Part shown: in pieces, positions 10,369-20,606 of the stretch
How the letters are laid out: every line of letters begins with the position of its first letter
Position numbering within the stretch: position 1 is the stretch's first letter
DNA from: Nitrosopumilus sp.
GTDB taxonomy: Archaea; Thermoproteota; Nitrososphaeria; Nitrososphaerales; Nitrosopumilaceae
Direction: 5' to 3'
Assembly: GCA_965206745.1 (NCBI GenBank)
Contig: OZ242220.1
Location: forward strand, 160,001 to 224,000
DNA: 64,000 nt
Position numbers and translations under genes: made by a program
The notes under the pieces: generated by a model
What the model was told of the DNA's origin: nothing
Database searches by the model: none
Seen by the model: only the letters and a program-made list of their open reading frames with translations

Positions 10369-10485
10369 ATGACTGAATTGATTAAAAGTGGGGAATATCC
10401 ACAGTACGGTTCCAAAAATACAGAATGCAAAGACGGGAGATTCTCTTGCAGATCCTGCAACCTGCACTTTGGAGGGAAAAAATGA
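10369..10485 (+). CDS. 38-aa small protein, degenerate zinc-ribbon-like
   Basis: MTELIKSGEYPQYGSKNTECKDGRFSCRSC...; AGGAG upstream; TGA overlaps the next ATG (ATGA). Confidence 0.45.
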   Translation: MTELIKSGEYPQYGSKNTECKDGRFSCRSCNLHFGGKK

Positions 10486-11276
10486 AAAAACTCCTCTATG
10501 TCGTAATACCGATTATCGCATTTTCAATAATATTTGTAAATGCATTTTATGGCCATTTGATTTTTGCATCTGAAACACAGGAGGTCATAAACAAGTATTC
10601 GGTGTACGTTCATCTGTTATCTGAATGGCAAAGTGATTCAAAAAACATCATTTTTGATGTGACAAACACGTGGCACAAATCTGACAAAATCGACAATGTC
10701 AACCACGTATTTGACGCAGAGTCCAAAGAGTACAACACCAACCAAATTCATGAAATTTACGGCAAGACGTATGTTGAATTGAAACACGAGTTTAGTGATT
10801 GTCAAGAAGAATGGCAACCGATGCTGTATAGAAAAGCAGTAGATACAGTGAGACACGAGATAGAGTATGTCCAAGGACAGCAGCTTGGTACCGATCCCAG
10901 CGTTTCGATATATCCGGACGTTGAGAACATGAATTATGGTAATTCAGAACAGCAGCTGCAGATCAAGAATGGGTTTGCACAGTTTTTCCCTATCTGTACG
11001 TCAAAGGATACCACGTCATATGACTATAGTGTAAAAACTGATAACAGGGATTTGGGTTTTGATGTATACTTTGTCTCATCGTATATGGAACAGAAGAACT
11101 TTGGAGATCCCGAATTTGACTATTACATGGAATCTGGCTGCTATGGACAGAACAAACAGAGCTACAGTGGCACCTGCAACAGTGTCACAGACGATAGTGG
11201 GCTGCTGATAATATTTCCCGATGATCTAAAACCATTCACTACAAAAGTCACGGTAAATCTGTATGAAAACAACTGA
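10482..11276 (+). CDS. Secreted/membrane-anchored hypothetical protein
   Basis: MKKLLYVVIPIIAFSIIFVNA signal-like N-terminus; 264-aa open frame. Confidence 0.75.
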   Translation: MKKLLYVVIPIIAFSIIFVNAFYGHLIFASETQEVINKYSVYVHLLSEWQSDSKNIIFDVTNTWHKSDKIDNVNHVFDAESKEYNTNQIHEIYGKTYVELKHEFSDCQEEWQPMLYRKAVDTVRHEIEYVQGQQLGTDPSVSIYPDVENMNYGNSEQQLQIKNGFAQFFPICTSKDTTSYDYSVKTDNRDLGFDVYFVSSYMEQKNFGDPEFDYYMESGCYGQNKQSYSGTCNSVTDDSGLLIIFPDDLKPFTTKVTVNLYENN

Positions 11277-11282
11277 TCCGTT

Positions 11283-13388
11283 CTAGCTTTGTTTCTTCTT
11301 CCAGATGAACTGGTTGTAAATCAATTCCGGCCTAATCTGTCTGAACGGTTGCGCACCGCCGGCATACCATTTTGTAAAGAACTCATACAAGTGCAGTCTG
11401 AGTGACTGGATGTATACGATTAGTCCTTCAATCATCATGATTCCCAGGTTTCCGCCGATGATCATTACCATTGCAGCGACTGATTCAGCGCCTCCAAGGG
11501 ATGAGAATGCGTTATTCACCGTGATCAGCAGGGCCGCATGCACAAGCAGCATGATTCCAAGACGCGCATAGCTGATTGTGTGAGCTAGGCTCTCTACTGT
11601 TTTACCCAAAAGAATTTCCATGACGACACTTGCAGGATCCGCCCCGTCTTCAGGATGCCTTTTTGCATGCATCACGCCACCGACCATCATGATGACCATT
11701 GATGCAATTACAATGACGACTGCAATTCTTGTAATAATCCAAACCTCTGCCCACTCCCCTAGGAACAGTGTAACCCATGGGACAGCCTCTGTGTGAGCCC
11801 TGGAATACATGTTCATGACATCGTACTGTGAACCGATTGCACACATCATGATGACAACGATTCCCCCGTAGAGTGTAATGTTTGGAATTGCCTCAGTAAA
11901 TGCCACCATCTTGTGTCCGTCCTTTAGTAGTCTGATTACACGCAGAGTCATCGCCAAAACCAAATGCACGATTCCAATGAATAACGAAACCTTGAGAATG
12001 TTGATTACCTGCTCAAATGTTAGTTCGGCGACACTGAGAATTCCTACTATCCAGCTAACAGAGTGCAGTGCTCCGCCTTCCTCCAGCAATCCCTCAAACG
12101 GACCTATGTGATCAAGATGGAAACCAAACACCTCTCCTGCCGCCACGCCTGCCATGGCTGCCGAAGCGCCAGATATTGCAATTAGCATTCCCCATTTTGA
12201 TAGTTGGCCCTGTCCTTTGAATTTAAAAAGCAGACCTAATGCCATGAGTAACAGTCCGTGACCCATGTCTGCAAACATCAGTCCGTAGAAGATCGGCCAC
12301 ATCAGGGCAATCATGGGTGTCGGGTCCGGCTCTCCGGTCTTTGGCATTCCCTGACTTTTTGTGATTACTTCAAAAGTTCTAACGAATCGCTTGTTGTCAA
12401 ACAATGTTGGAATCTCTTCTTTTAGTTTGGGATCAGTGATCTCCTCTACAACTGACATCCATTGTTTGGTTGACTCTGTAAATTTGGCCTCCATTTTTTT
12501 TGGAATAAACCCTTGAATTACTGCAAAGTTTTTTGTTCCTCCGGGCTTTCTCAATGTCTCAAGAACGTCTTTTGCAACCAGTGCCTTTTCATGCAGTGAA
12601 AGAATGTCCCTTCTGATCTTCTTTGCGATTCCTGCCAGCTCTTTTTTGATTGAGGCCTGCTTGGCTGTCAGTTCCTTAATTTTTGATTCCGCTAATGCAT
12701 AGGCATCACTTGGAATTTGAGGAAAACCCTCTGGAATTCTAAACGTGCTTGAACTGAAACTTCTCAAAACTTTGAGAACCTTCTCAGAGTCTGCCGTACC
12801 TGAAATTACCAAAATTGCCGATTTTTCCTTGCCCTCTAAATCATACTTGTAAACTGTAATGCCCTCAAGGGAGCGACTAATCTCATCAAAGTCTGCTGAA
12901 TTTATGACAAAGAGATCTGCAAAAAAGTATCTCATCAGACCAAATCCGGAGATATCTATCTTCATCTTTCTGATAACCTCCAAGGTGTCCTTGAGTGACT
13001 TGTACTCTTCAATGGAAATTCTAGTGGTGGCAGCCTCTTCTAGCAACTGTGCCGGCTTGTCAATAATGGATGGGGCCTCTTTACCCAACTGCCCTACCAT
13101 CTCTTCAATCTCGCTGATCTCATAGTCTTTTTTCTTGATTACGGTTCCCTTGAACAGAATCTCCATAATTCCTACCTCTAGGGGAATTCCCATTCCTCTG
13201 ATGACATCGTCGACTGACTGGAAAGTTTGCTGTGCTTTTAGCAACAAATCATCGATTTCAGGCGTGACCAAATCACTGGCAGAATCAATTTTATGATACC
13301 ACTCAAACTCGGTTAGTCTTGAAATTGCTCTTGGAGACTCGTTTCTTGGCAAAATTACGGTTCCGAGTTTTAGATCAGCTGTTCCCAA
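11283..13388 (-). CDS. atpI: A/V-type ATP synthase subunit I (a)
   Basis: DPTP, FYGLMFADMGHG, SYARL, LRLHLYEFFTKWY. Confidence 0.95.
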   Translation of the reverse strand: MGTADLKLGTVILPRNESPRAISRLTEFEWYHKIDSASDLVTPEIDDLLLKAQQTFQSVDDVIRGMGIPLEVGIMEILFKGTVIKKKDYEISEIEEMVGQLGKEAPSIIDKPAQLLEEAATTRISIEEYKSLKDTLEVIRKMKIDISGFGLMRYFFADLFVINSADFDEISRSLEGITVYKYDLEGKEKSAILVISGTADSEKVLKVLRSFSSSTFRIPEGFPQIPSDAYALAESKIKELTAKQASIKKELAGIAKKIRRDILSLHEKALVAKDVLETLRKPGGTKNFAVIQGFIPKKMEAKFTESTKQWMSVVEEITDPKLKEEIPTLFDNKRFVRTFEVITKSQGMPKTGEPDPTPMIALMWPIFYGLMFADMGHGLLLMALGLLFKFKGQGQLSKWGMLIAISGASAAMAGVAAGEVFGFHLDHIGPFEGLLEEGGALHSVSWIVGILSVAELTFEQVINILKVSLFIGIVHLVLAMTLRVIRLLKDGHKMVAFTEAIPNITLYGGIVVIMMCAIGSQYDVMNMYSRAHTEAVPWVTLFLGEWAEVWIITRIAVVIVIASMVIMMVGGVMHAKRHPEDGADPASVVMEILLGKTVESLAHTISYARLGIMLLVHAALLITVNNAFSSLGGAESVAAMVMIIGGNLGIMMIEGLIVYIQSLRLHLYEFFTKWYAGGAQPFRQIRPELIYNQFIWKKKQS

Positions 13389-13457
13389 GATAAATTTTGG
13401 GTATTTTCATTTAGTTTAATATCTTTCTGATTCTTATCCCAAACATTAAAATCCATT

Positions 13458-14075
13458 ATGGGTCAACGGCACCCATTGACATCTAATTCTGCATTAGAAA
13501 GCACAATTGACAAAATTCTAACGGGTACCGAAAAAGATATTCTAACAAATATCAAGTCTGGATTGGACGAATCGCAACAAAAACTTGATGATGCCATTCC
13601 TAAATTAGAGAGCCAGTATGACAAAATTATCTCAGATGGCAGAAAAGAGGCCGATAAGATCGAAAAACAGATCACGGGAGGTTCAGATATTGAAGCTAGA
13701 AATAAGCAGCTTTTGGCACTAGAGGGCGCAGTTGACAAAGTGTTTTCAGCAGCACTGGATCAAATTGCAAGTGCTGATCGCAGTGGCGATTACTCGAATC
13801 TCATCAAGACTCTGATTGAGGAGGCAACCAAAGTTTTAGGCACCTCAGATATTGTTATCTCAACTAATGCAAAAGACATGGATGCTGTCCAGTCTGCACT
13901 ATCCCAATTTTCAGGAGCAGAACTATCCACTGAGACAATCGAATGCCTCGGAGGAATCAAAGTCAAATCCAAAGATGGCGCAATGACATTTGATAATACG
14001 ATCGATGCAAGAATTGAACGTCTGAAGCCTTTAATAAGGAAAGAAATTGCAGCAAAATTCGGAGTGGGAAATTAG
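13458..14075 (+). CDS. atpE: A/V-type ATP synthase subunit E
   Basis: Coiled-coil N-terminus, LGGIKV...DNTIDARI; precedes atpA. Confidence 0.9.
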   Translation: MGQRHPLTSNSALESTIDKILTGTEKDILTNIKSGLDESQQKLDDAIPKLESQYDKIISDGRKEADKIEKQITGGSDIEARNKQLLALEGAVDKVFSAALDQIASADRSGDYSNLIKTLIEEATKVLGTSDIVISTNAKDMDAVQSALSQFSGAELSTETIECLGGIKVKSKDGAMTFDNTIDARIERLKPLIRKEIAAKFGVGN

Positions 14076-14078
14076 AAT

Positions 14079-15857
14079 ATGGCAGCTCGAGGTAGAATTG
14101 TTTGGGTAAGTGGACCTGCTGTAAGGGCAGACGGCATGTCTGATGCAAAAATGTATGAGACTGTGACTGTAGGCAATTCAAAATTAGTAGGTGAGGTCAT
14201 CCGACTCACCGGAGACGTGGCATTTATTCAGGTATACGAATCAACAAGCGGTCTCAAGCCAGGCGAGCCCGTGGTAGGCACTGGAAATCCATTGAGCGTG
14301 CTGCTAGGTCCCGGAATTATTGGCCAGCTTTATGATGGGATTCAAAGACCGCTAAGGGAGTTATCTAAAGCATCTGGCTCATTTATCGGAAGGGGCATCA
14401 CGACGACTGCTGTAGATATGACAAAAAAATATCATTTTCTTCCAACTATCAGCAATGGTGATGAGGTCGAGGCTGGAAACATTATTGGAACTGTCCAGGA
14501 AACCGATCTTATCGAACACCCCATAATGGTTCCGCCAGATCATGCAGGCGGAAAAATTTCAAACCTTGTCTCTGAAGGAGACTATGATTTAGAAACTGTC
14601 TTGGCAACCACCGAAAAAGACGGACAGTCAGTTCAGCTTAAAATGTATCACAGATGGCCTGTACGAAAACCACGTCCATACAACAAGAGGTATGATCCAA
14701 CGGTTCCGCTACTTACCGGGCAGCGCGTAATTGACACGTTCTTCCCAATTGCAAAGGGAGGAACAGCTTCAATCCCTGGGGCATTTGGAACAGGAAAAAC
14801 CGTAACATTGCACCAAATTGCAAAATGGGCCGATTCCCAAGTTGTTGTTTACATTGGCTGCGGTGAAAGAGGAAACGAAATGACCGAGGTACTAGTTGAA
14901 TTCCCACACCTCAAGGATCCGCGCAGTGGAAAACCACTGATGGATAGAACCGTCCTTGTGGCAAACACAAGTAACATGCCAGTGGCGGCAAGAGAAGCAA
15001 GCATCTACACCGGTGTCACAATTGCAGAGTATTACAGGGATATGGGTAAAGACGTCGTGCTTGTGGCAGACTCGACAAGCAGGTGGGCTGAATCACTCAG
15101 GGAGATGAGTGGCAGATTGGAGGAAATGCCTGCAGAAGAGGGTTATCCATCGTATCTGGCATCGCGATTGGCAGAATTTTATGAAAGGGCAGGTCGCGTA
15201 AAAGCAACCGGAAGTCCAGACCGTGACGGTTCAGTGACTCTGGTAGGGGCCGTTTCACCGTCCGGTGGTGACTTTACAGAACCCGTTACAACACACACAA
15301 TGAGATTTATCAAAACTTTCTGGGCATTGGATGCAAAACTTGCATACTCTAGGCATTATCCGTCAATCAACTGGATGAACAGCTATTCTGGCTATCTTGC
15401 AGACATTGCAAAGTGGTGGGGCAAAAACATCAGCGAGGATTGGCTGAGTCTGAGAAGTGAGGCATATGGTATTTTACAAAGGGAGGACACGCTAAAAGAA
15501 ATTGTTAGACTCTTAGGTCCTGAGGCGCTACCAGATGAGGAGAAACTAATTCTCGAAGTTGCACGAATGATAAAGATTGGCCTGCTGCAGCAAAACTCAT
15601 TTGATGATGTCGACACCTACTGTAGTCCGGAGAAGCAATACAAGCTATTGAATCTGTTAGTTAGTTTTTACAAGAAAGGACAGCAGGCACTCAAAGAGGG
15701 TGCATCACTGTCTGATATCCGTGGGTTGTCTGTAGTGACAAGTCTGCTCAAGGCAAGAATGGATGTCAAAGATGATCAGATGCCAAAACTAGAGCAGCTA
15801 GATAAAGATATGCAAGAACAATTCAAATCAATCATAGGAGTAAAGGTGTCAAATTGA
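14079..15857 (+). CDS. atpA: A/V-type ATP synthase subunit A
   Basis: GAFGTGKT P-loop, [19 protein letters not shown]. Confidence 0.98.
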   Translation: MAARGRIVWVSGPAVRADGMSDAKMYETVTVGNSKLVGEVIRLTGDVAFIQVYESTSGLKPGEPVVGTGNPLSVLLGPGIIGQLYDGIQRPLRELSKASGSFIGRGITTTAVDMTKKYHFLPTISNGDEVEAGNIIGTVQETDLIEHPIMVPPDHAGGKISNLVSEGDYDLETVLATTEKDGQSVQLKMYHRWPVRKPRPYNKRYDPTVPLLTGQRVIDTFFPIAKGGTASIPGAFGTGKTVTLHQIAKWADSQVVVYIGCGERGNEMTEVLVEFPHLKDPRSGKPLMDRTVLVANTSNMPVAAREASIYTGVTIAEYYRDMGKDVVLVADSTSRWAESLREMSGRLEEMPAEEGYPSYLASRLAEFYERAGRVKATGSPDRDGSVTLVGAVSPSGGDFTEPVTTHTMRFIKTFWALDAKLAYSRHYPSINWMNSYSGYLADIAKWWGKNISEDWLSLRSEAYGILQREDTLKEIVRLLGPEALPDEEKLILEVARMIKIGLLQQNSFDDVDTYCSPEKQYKLLNLLVSFYKKGQQALKEGASLSDIRGLSVVTSLLKARMDVKDDQMPKLEQLDKDMQEQFKSIIGVKVSN

Positions 15858-17239
15858 GCACTCAAGGCGGAGTTCAGTACAGCAAGATTGCTGAAATCAA
15901 AGGTCCTCTAGTTGTAGTGGACGATGTTGAAAATGCGGCATTTGATGAGCTAGTTGAAATCGAAACCACCGAAGGTGAGAGAAGGCTAGGCAAGGTTCTC
16001 GAGGTAGGAAACGGCAAGGCAATTGTCCAGGTCTTTGAGGGCACAACCGGATTATCAATCTCCGGAACCAACGCAAAATTTGTAGGCAAGGTCATGGAAA
16101 TGCCAGTCTCAAAGGAGGTACTTGGCAGGGTATTTGACGGACTAGGAAGGCCAAAAGATGGACTCCCAGATCCAATTGCCGATAAATTTATTGATATTAA
16201 CGGAGAGCCGATGAACCCTGAACAACGTGAGTATCCAAAGGATTTCATTCAAACCGGCGTATCTGTAATTGACGGGATGATTACTCTGGTAAGGGGACAA
16301 AAGCTCCCAATCTTTTCTGGCTCTGGCATGTCCCACAATCTCTTGGCAGCACAAATTGCAAGACAGGCAAGTGTTGTCGGAACAACAGATGACTTTGCCG
16401 TAGTATTTGCAGCAATCGGCGTGCAGTACAGTGAAGCAGAGTATTTCAGGCGAAGTCTTGAGGAATCCGGCGCGCTCAAGAGAAGTGTCCTGTTCTTAAA
16501 CACGGCAGATGATCCTGCAATTGAAAGAATCATCACCCCCCGTGTGGCATTAACTGTGGCAGAGTACTTGGCATTTGAGTTGGGAATGCACGTTCTTGTT
16601 ATTCTGACTGACATGACAAACTATGCAGAGGCACTAAGGGAGATTAGTGCGGCAAGGGAGGAGGTTCCTGGAAGAAAAGGATATCCTGGTTATCTCTACA
16701 CTGACCTTTCAACAATTTATGAAAGGGCGGGAAAGCTTAACGGAAGAAAGGGGAGTGTCACGCAGGTTCCAATCCTGTCAATGCCATCTGATGATATCAC
16801 CCACCCAATTCCCGACCTTACTGGCTACATTACAGAAGGACAAGTGGTGCTTGGAAGGGATCTGTTCAGACAGGGGGTCTATCCGCCAGTCAATATCCTG
16901 ATGAGCCTTAGCAGGCTTATGAAGGACGGGATTGGCAAAGGAAGTACCAGGGAGGATCACAGTGAAATTTCAAATCAGGTTTATGATGCGTATTCTAGGG
17001 CACAGGAGGTTAGGGCACTTGCCGGCATTGTAGGCAAGGCAGGCCTTACTGAGATTGATCTAAAGTACATGGATGTGGGAGATGTATTTGAAAAAGAATT
17101 CCTGACTCAGGCAACTGATGAGAATAGGACTATTGAGGAGACCCTCTCTGTTCTATGGAAGATTGTATCGAAACTACCAAAGAATGAGATTACCAAAATT
17201 AAAGACAAGTACGTAGAGCAATACTATCAGGAAGAGTAG
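15854..17239 (+). CDS. atpB: A/V-type ATP synthase subunit B
   Basis: [38 protein letters not shown]. Confidence 0.98.
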   Translation: MSTQGGVQYSKIAEIKGPLVVVDDVENAAFDELVEIETTEGERRLGKVLEVGNGKAIVQVFEGTTGLSISGTNAKFVGKVMEMPVSKEVLGRVFDGLGRPKDGLPDPIADKFIDINGEPMNPEQREYPKDFIQTGVSVIDGMITLVRGQKLPIFSGSGMSHNLLAAQIARQASVVGTTDDFAVVFAAIGVQYSEAEYFRRSLEESGALKRSVLFLNTADDPAIERIITPRVALTVAEYLAFELGMHVLVILTDMTNYAEALREISAAREEVPGRKGYPGYLYTDLSTIYERAGKLNGRKGSVTQVPILSMPSDDITHPIPDLTGYITEGQVVLGRDLFRQGVYPPVNILMSLSRLMKDGIGKGSTREDHSEISNQVYDAYSRAQEVRALAGIVGKAGLTEIDLKYMDVGDVFEKEFLTQATDENRTIEETLSVLWKIVSKLPKNEITKIKDKYVEQYYQEE

Positions 17240-17245
17240 CAGGAT

Positions 17246-17878
17246 ATGTCATTTGGACAAAATGTTGCAGCAACAAAGATTGAACTTTTAAAATACAAGA
17301 AGTCCACGCAGGTTGCCGTAATGGTTCAGCAAATTCTCGATGACAAGCGTAAGGTCCTACTGAAGAACATCGAGGAGATGATTCAGGAGGCCTCTAAAGC
17401 AAGGGGCGGGATCTGGGAGCCCTTGCAGGATATCTACAAATCAGTCAATGAGGCATATCTGGCGCTAGGTACCAACACAGTTGACTCTGTTGCAGAGTCC
17501 ACCCCCCCTGTAATGGAAGTGGATGTTCATGTTAGGAGGGTAGTTGACGTAAAGATTCCCGCACTTACTGTAACTGAAAAGGATACAAAGTCAATGCCCT
17601 ACGGATTTGCAGATACAAATTCCTCAATTGATAGAGCTGCAAAACAGATCAAGGAACTGATGCCAAAAATTTGTAAAGCGGCAGAATATGAAAATTCCAT
17701 CTTTAGCCTTGCAAAAGCATTAGAAAAGACCCAAAAACTGCTAAATGCACTAGAAAATGTCATTATTCCTCAATACAAGGAAAAAATTAGATTTATCCTC
17801 TCCACCCTGGAGGAGAGGGAAAGGGAGGAATTCGCAAAGTTAAAAAAAGTCAAAGCAAAGATGGAAAGTAGAAAATAA
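17246..17878 (+). CDS. atpD: A/V-type ATP synthase subunit D
   Basis: KTQKLLNALENVIIP...LEEREREEF. Confidence 0.93.
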   Translation: MSFGQNVAATKIELLKYKKSTQVAVMVQQILDDKRKVLLKNIEEMIQEASKARGGIWEPLQDIYKSVNEAYLALGTNTVDSVAESTPPVMEVDVHVRRVVDVKIPALTVTEKDTKSMPYGFADTNSSIDRAAKQIKELMPKICKAAEYENSIFSLAKALEKTQKLLNALENVIIPQYKEKIRFILSTLEEREREEFAKLKKVKAKMESRK

Positions 17879-18009
17879 TGGCAAAAGAAGAAATAAAAAA
17901 AATACTTGAAAATTCAAAAAAGGAGTTGGACTTGGATCATGACAATTTTGTAAAAGCAATCAAAGATGATTTAACATCTTTCAAAAAGAAAACTCTGGAT
18001 CGAATTTGA
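17878..18009 (+). CDS. 43-aa helical protein between atpD and atpK (not in ORF track)
   Basis: TAATG stop/start overlap with atpD; MAKEEIKKILENSKKELDLDHDNFVKAIKDDLTSFKKKTLDRI*. Confidence 0.6.
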   Translation: MAKEEIKKILENSKKELDLDHDNFVKAIKDDLTSFKKKTLDRI

Positions 18010-18061
18010 GATTGTTATCTTATCATGATTTAAATATGGATATCATAGAGTCTGATCGTAA

Positions 18062-18367
18062 ATGAAATCTATCGTCATGTTACTTTTGGCAGCATCAGCA
18101 ATTTCAATTCTAGGTTCAACCGGAGTTGCATTTGCTCAAGAAGATGGTGCATCTGGTGGCGACTCTATGAAACTCTTAGGTGCGGGTCTGGCATTTGGAA
18201 TGGCAGCCGTCGGAGCAGGAATAGGTCTTGGCCAAGTAGGTGCAGCAGGTCTTGCAGTCATTAGTGAAAACCCAGCTTTACAGTCAAAGGTGTTCATCTT
18301 CGTAGGTATGGTCGAATCGATCGCAATCTACGGCATAGTTATGATGTTTATCATCTTAGGACAATAG
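18062..18367 (+). CDS. atpK: A/V-type ATP synthase subunit K (c, proteolipid) with signal-like N-terminus
   Basis: GAGIGLGQVG glycine repeat, ENP loop, ESIAIYG carboxylate. Confidence 0.93.
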   Translation: MKSIVMLLLAASAISILGSTGVAFAQEDGASGGDSMKLLGAGLAFGMAAVGAGIGLGQVGAAGLAVISENPALQSKVFIFVGMVESIAIYGIVMMFIILGQ

Positions 18368-18404
18368 TCCAAAACTACGTTTTTCTAATTTTTAGATCTT
18401 TTAT

Positions 18405-18866
18405 TTAATTATATTTTAGCTTGTTAACATCCAAAACCCTCGAGCAGTACCTGCATTTGAGAACCCTTCCTTGCTTGTCAATAACATCCATCACAGACTC
18501 GATGTGCTCTGTACTGTTTGTAATGCAGTCAGGATTTGAACACCTGAAAATCCTGTCAATCTCATTAGGCAGTGACACCCTTCTCTTCTCAACTAGTTTG
18601 TATTCCCTTATCATGTTGATTGTTGCAGTCGGGGCAATTACCGCTATCTTGTTTGTATCGTCATCCTTTAGAAACCTGTTTTCCACCTTGATGATGTCTT
18701 TTTTCTTAAATTTCCCGCTTGGAACATTCAGGGCTATGGTGATCAGACTGCCGTCATTCCCATCAATTCTCAGTGCACTGAGAACCTGAAGTCCCTTTCC
18801 CTCATCTATATGGTCAATTACAGTACCCTCCTTAATTCGTCGAACCATGAGGTCTGACTGTTCCAT
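18405..18866 (-). CDS. pyrI: Aspartate carbamoyltransferase regulatory subunit
   Basis: GTVIDHI, KKDIIKVE, CSNPDCIT...CRYC. Confidence 0.95.
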   Translation of the reverse strand: MEQSDLMVRRIKEGTVIDHIDEGKGLQVLSALRIDGNDGSLITIALNVPSGKFKKKDIIKVENRFLKDDDTNKIAVIAPTATINMIREYKLVEKRRVSLPNEIDRIFRCSNPDCITNSTEHIESVMDVIDKQGRVLKCRYCSRVLDVNKLKYN

Positions 18867-18907
18867 CAGAATACTTTGTATAGTCACCTGTATATATTAT
18901 TGAAAGA

Positions 18908-19837
18908 ATGAACGAGTTTTACCAAAAAGATATCATCTCAATTAAGGACTATACCAGGGATCAACTCGAAGCTATCTTTGCATCCACTGACAAAATGACG
19001 CAGCTAAGTCTGGCTGATAGGAGAGAGATCTGCAAGGGCAAGACACTGGGATACCTGTTTTATGAGCCGAGCACCAGAACCCGTCTCAGCTTTGATTCTG
19101 CCATGGCGTCAGTTGGTGGCAATTCATTAGGAATTTCTGACATCACGTCCTCATCCACTCAAAAAGGTGAGAGTCTTGCCGACACTGTCAGGATAATGTC
19201 AATTTACTCAGACATTCTTGTCTTGCGCCACACATTGGACGGCTCAAGCAGGTTTGCCGCAGAAATTTCTGACAAACCAATAATTAATGCAGGTAGTGGG
19301 ACCGAAGAGCATCCAACCCAGGCAATCCAGGACTTGTTTACAATCAAGAAAGAAAAGAAAAAGATTGACGGTTTAAAAATTGGAATTATAGGTGATCTAA
19401 AGTACGGGAGGACTGTCTACTCCCTGCTGCACGGGCTTGGAAACTATGATGTTGATGTCAGACTGATCTCCCCCGAATCACTGAGAATAAGATCTGATTC
19501 AACCTATGAAATAAAAAAGAAGCTGGATTTTACCGAGTCCACTGACATTGAAGATCATCTCGATGATCTTGATGTCCTTTACGTGACAAGAATCCAAAAA
19601 GAGAGATTCCCTGATGAGGAAGAGTACCTCAAGGTAAAAGGAAGCTATGTTGTAGGATTGGACATGTTAAAGCGCATGAAGGATGACGCGATAATCCTGC
19701 ATCCGCTGCCAAGAATCGATGAAATTTCAGCCGATGTTGATAAAACAAAGAATGCCAAATACTTTGAGCAGGCCGAATATGGAAAATATACCCGTGCTGC
19801 TCTGCTAGGTATGATTCTAAACGAGAATGGATTTTAG
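18908..19837 (+). CDS. pyrB: Aspartate carbamoyltransferase catalytic subunit
   Basis: EPSTRTRLSF, HPTQ, GDLKYGRTV, HPLPR. Confidence 0.97.
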   Translation: MNEFYQKDIISIKDYTRDQLEAIFASTDKMTQLSLADRREICKGKTLGYLFYEPSTRTRLSFDSAMASVGGNSLGISDITSSSTQKGESLADTVRIMSIYSDILVLRHTLDGSSRFAAEISDKPIINAGSGTEEHPTQAIQDLFTIKKEKKKIDGLKIGIIGDLKYGRTVYSLLHGLGNYDVDVRLISPESLRIRSDSTYEIKKKLDFTESTDIEDHLDDLDVLYVTRIQKERFPDEEEYLKVKGSYVVGLDMLKRMKDDAIILHPLPRIDEISADVDKTKNAKYFEQAEYGKYTRAALLGMILNENGF

Positions 19838-19889
19838 TTTTTTAGCAAAATCCGTATTCCATATATCTGGAGTTATCTGAATATGACTA

Positions 19890-20606
19890 ATGACTGAGAC
19901 CAGAATTATTCCACTTTTCCCCCTGGACTTGGTCTTGTTTCCGAGACAGGAACTGCCACTCCGAATTTTTGAGCCCCGCTACAAGCAGCTAGTTGATGAC
20001 TGTATGATTGGGGACGGTCAGTTTGGGGTATGCCTAATTGACAAAAACAGCTCCATCAACGGATGGGATTCGCCCAAATTGGTGGGCACCATTGCCAAAA
20101 TTTCAAAGTGCGAAGATGTGGAGCTGGGCGGACTGCAGCTAAACATTGAAACGATAGGAAGAAACTCGTTTAAAATCAAAAGAATTATTCCGCCATCTGT
20201 TGCACAGCCTGCAAACTATGATCCTCTCTCTGCCACGGGACACCAAGAAATTTCCAAGATACATGAGAGGATTGGCACTGAGGAAAAAATGTACATTCAA
20301 GCCGAAGTTGAAATGATCCCCGAGATTGATGAGAACATTTCATTTGAGAGATGGGAGAAGTTGATTGATCTATGGAAAAAGAAGATCATCAGGCAGGCCT
20401 TGCCCCAAATTGTTGACCCCCATTCACTGGATCATGTTTTGGAACAATACTATCTCAACACTGATACGCCGCCGACAATTGACTACGTTTACTCGCTTTC
20501 TGCCATCGGGGCCAGGGATCCAAACGAGTTACAGCCAATTTTAGAGGCGACAACCATGGATGAACTAATTAAGCGAGTAGAAGAACTGTTGAGAGTACAG
20601 CCATGA
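19890..20606 (+). CDS. LON peptidase substrate-binding (N-terminal) domain protein
   Basis: IPLFPLDLVLFP...LPLRIFEPRY. Confidence 0.85.
   Translation: MTETRIIPLFPLDLVLFPRQELPLRIFEPRYKQLVDDCMIGDGQFGVCLIDKNSSINGWDSPKLVGTIAKISKCEDVELGGLQLNIETIGRNSFKIKRIIPPSVAQPANYDPLSATGHQEISKIHERIGTEEKMYIQAEVEMIPEIDENISFERWEKLIDLWKKKIIRQALPQIVDPHSLDHVLEQYYLNTDTPPTIDYVYSLSAIGARDPNELQPILEATTMDELIKRVEELLRVQP

Noticed and set aside
5790-18367. Split, partly divergent ATP synthase cluster interrupted by amt
   Set aside because: Matches the arrangement I recall for Nitrosopumilus, so not treated as novel.
18062-18367. Na+-coupled c-ring (Q...ES...Y)
   Set aside because: Motif is incomplete (no Thr after ES); ion specificity cannot be called from this sequence.
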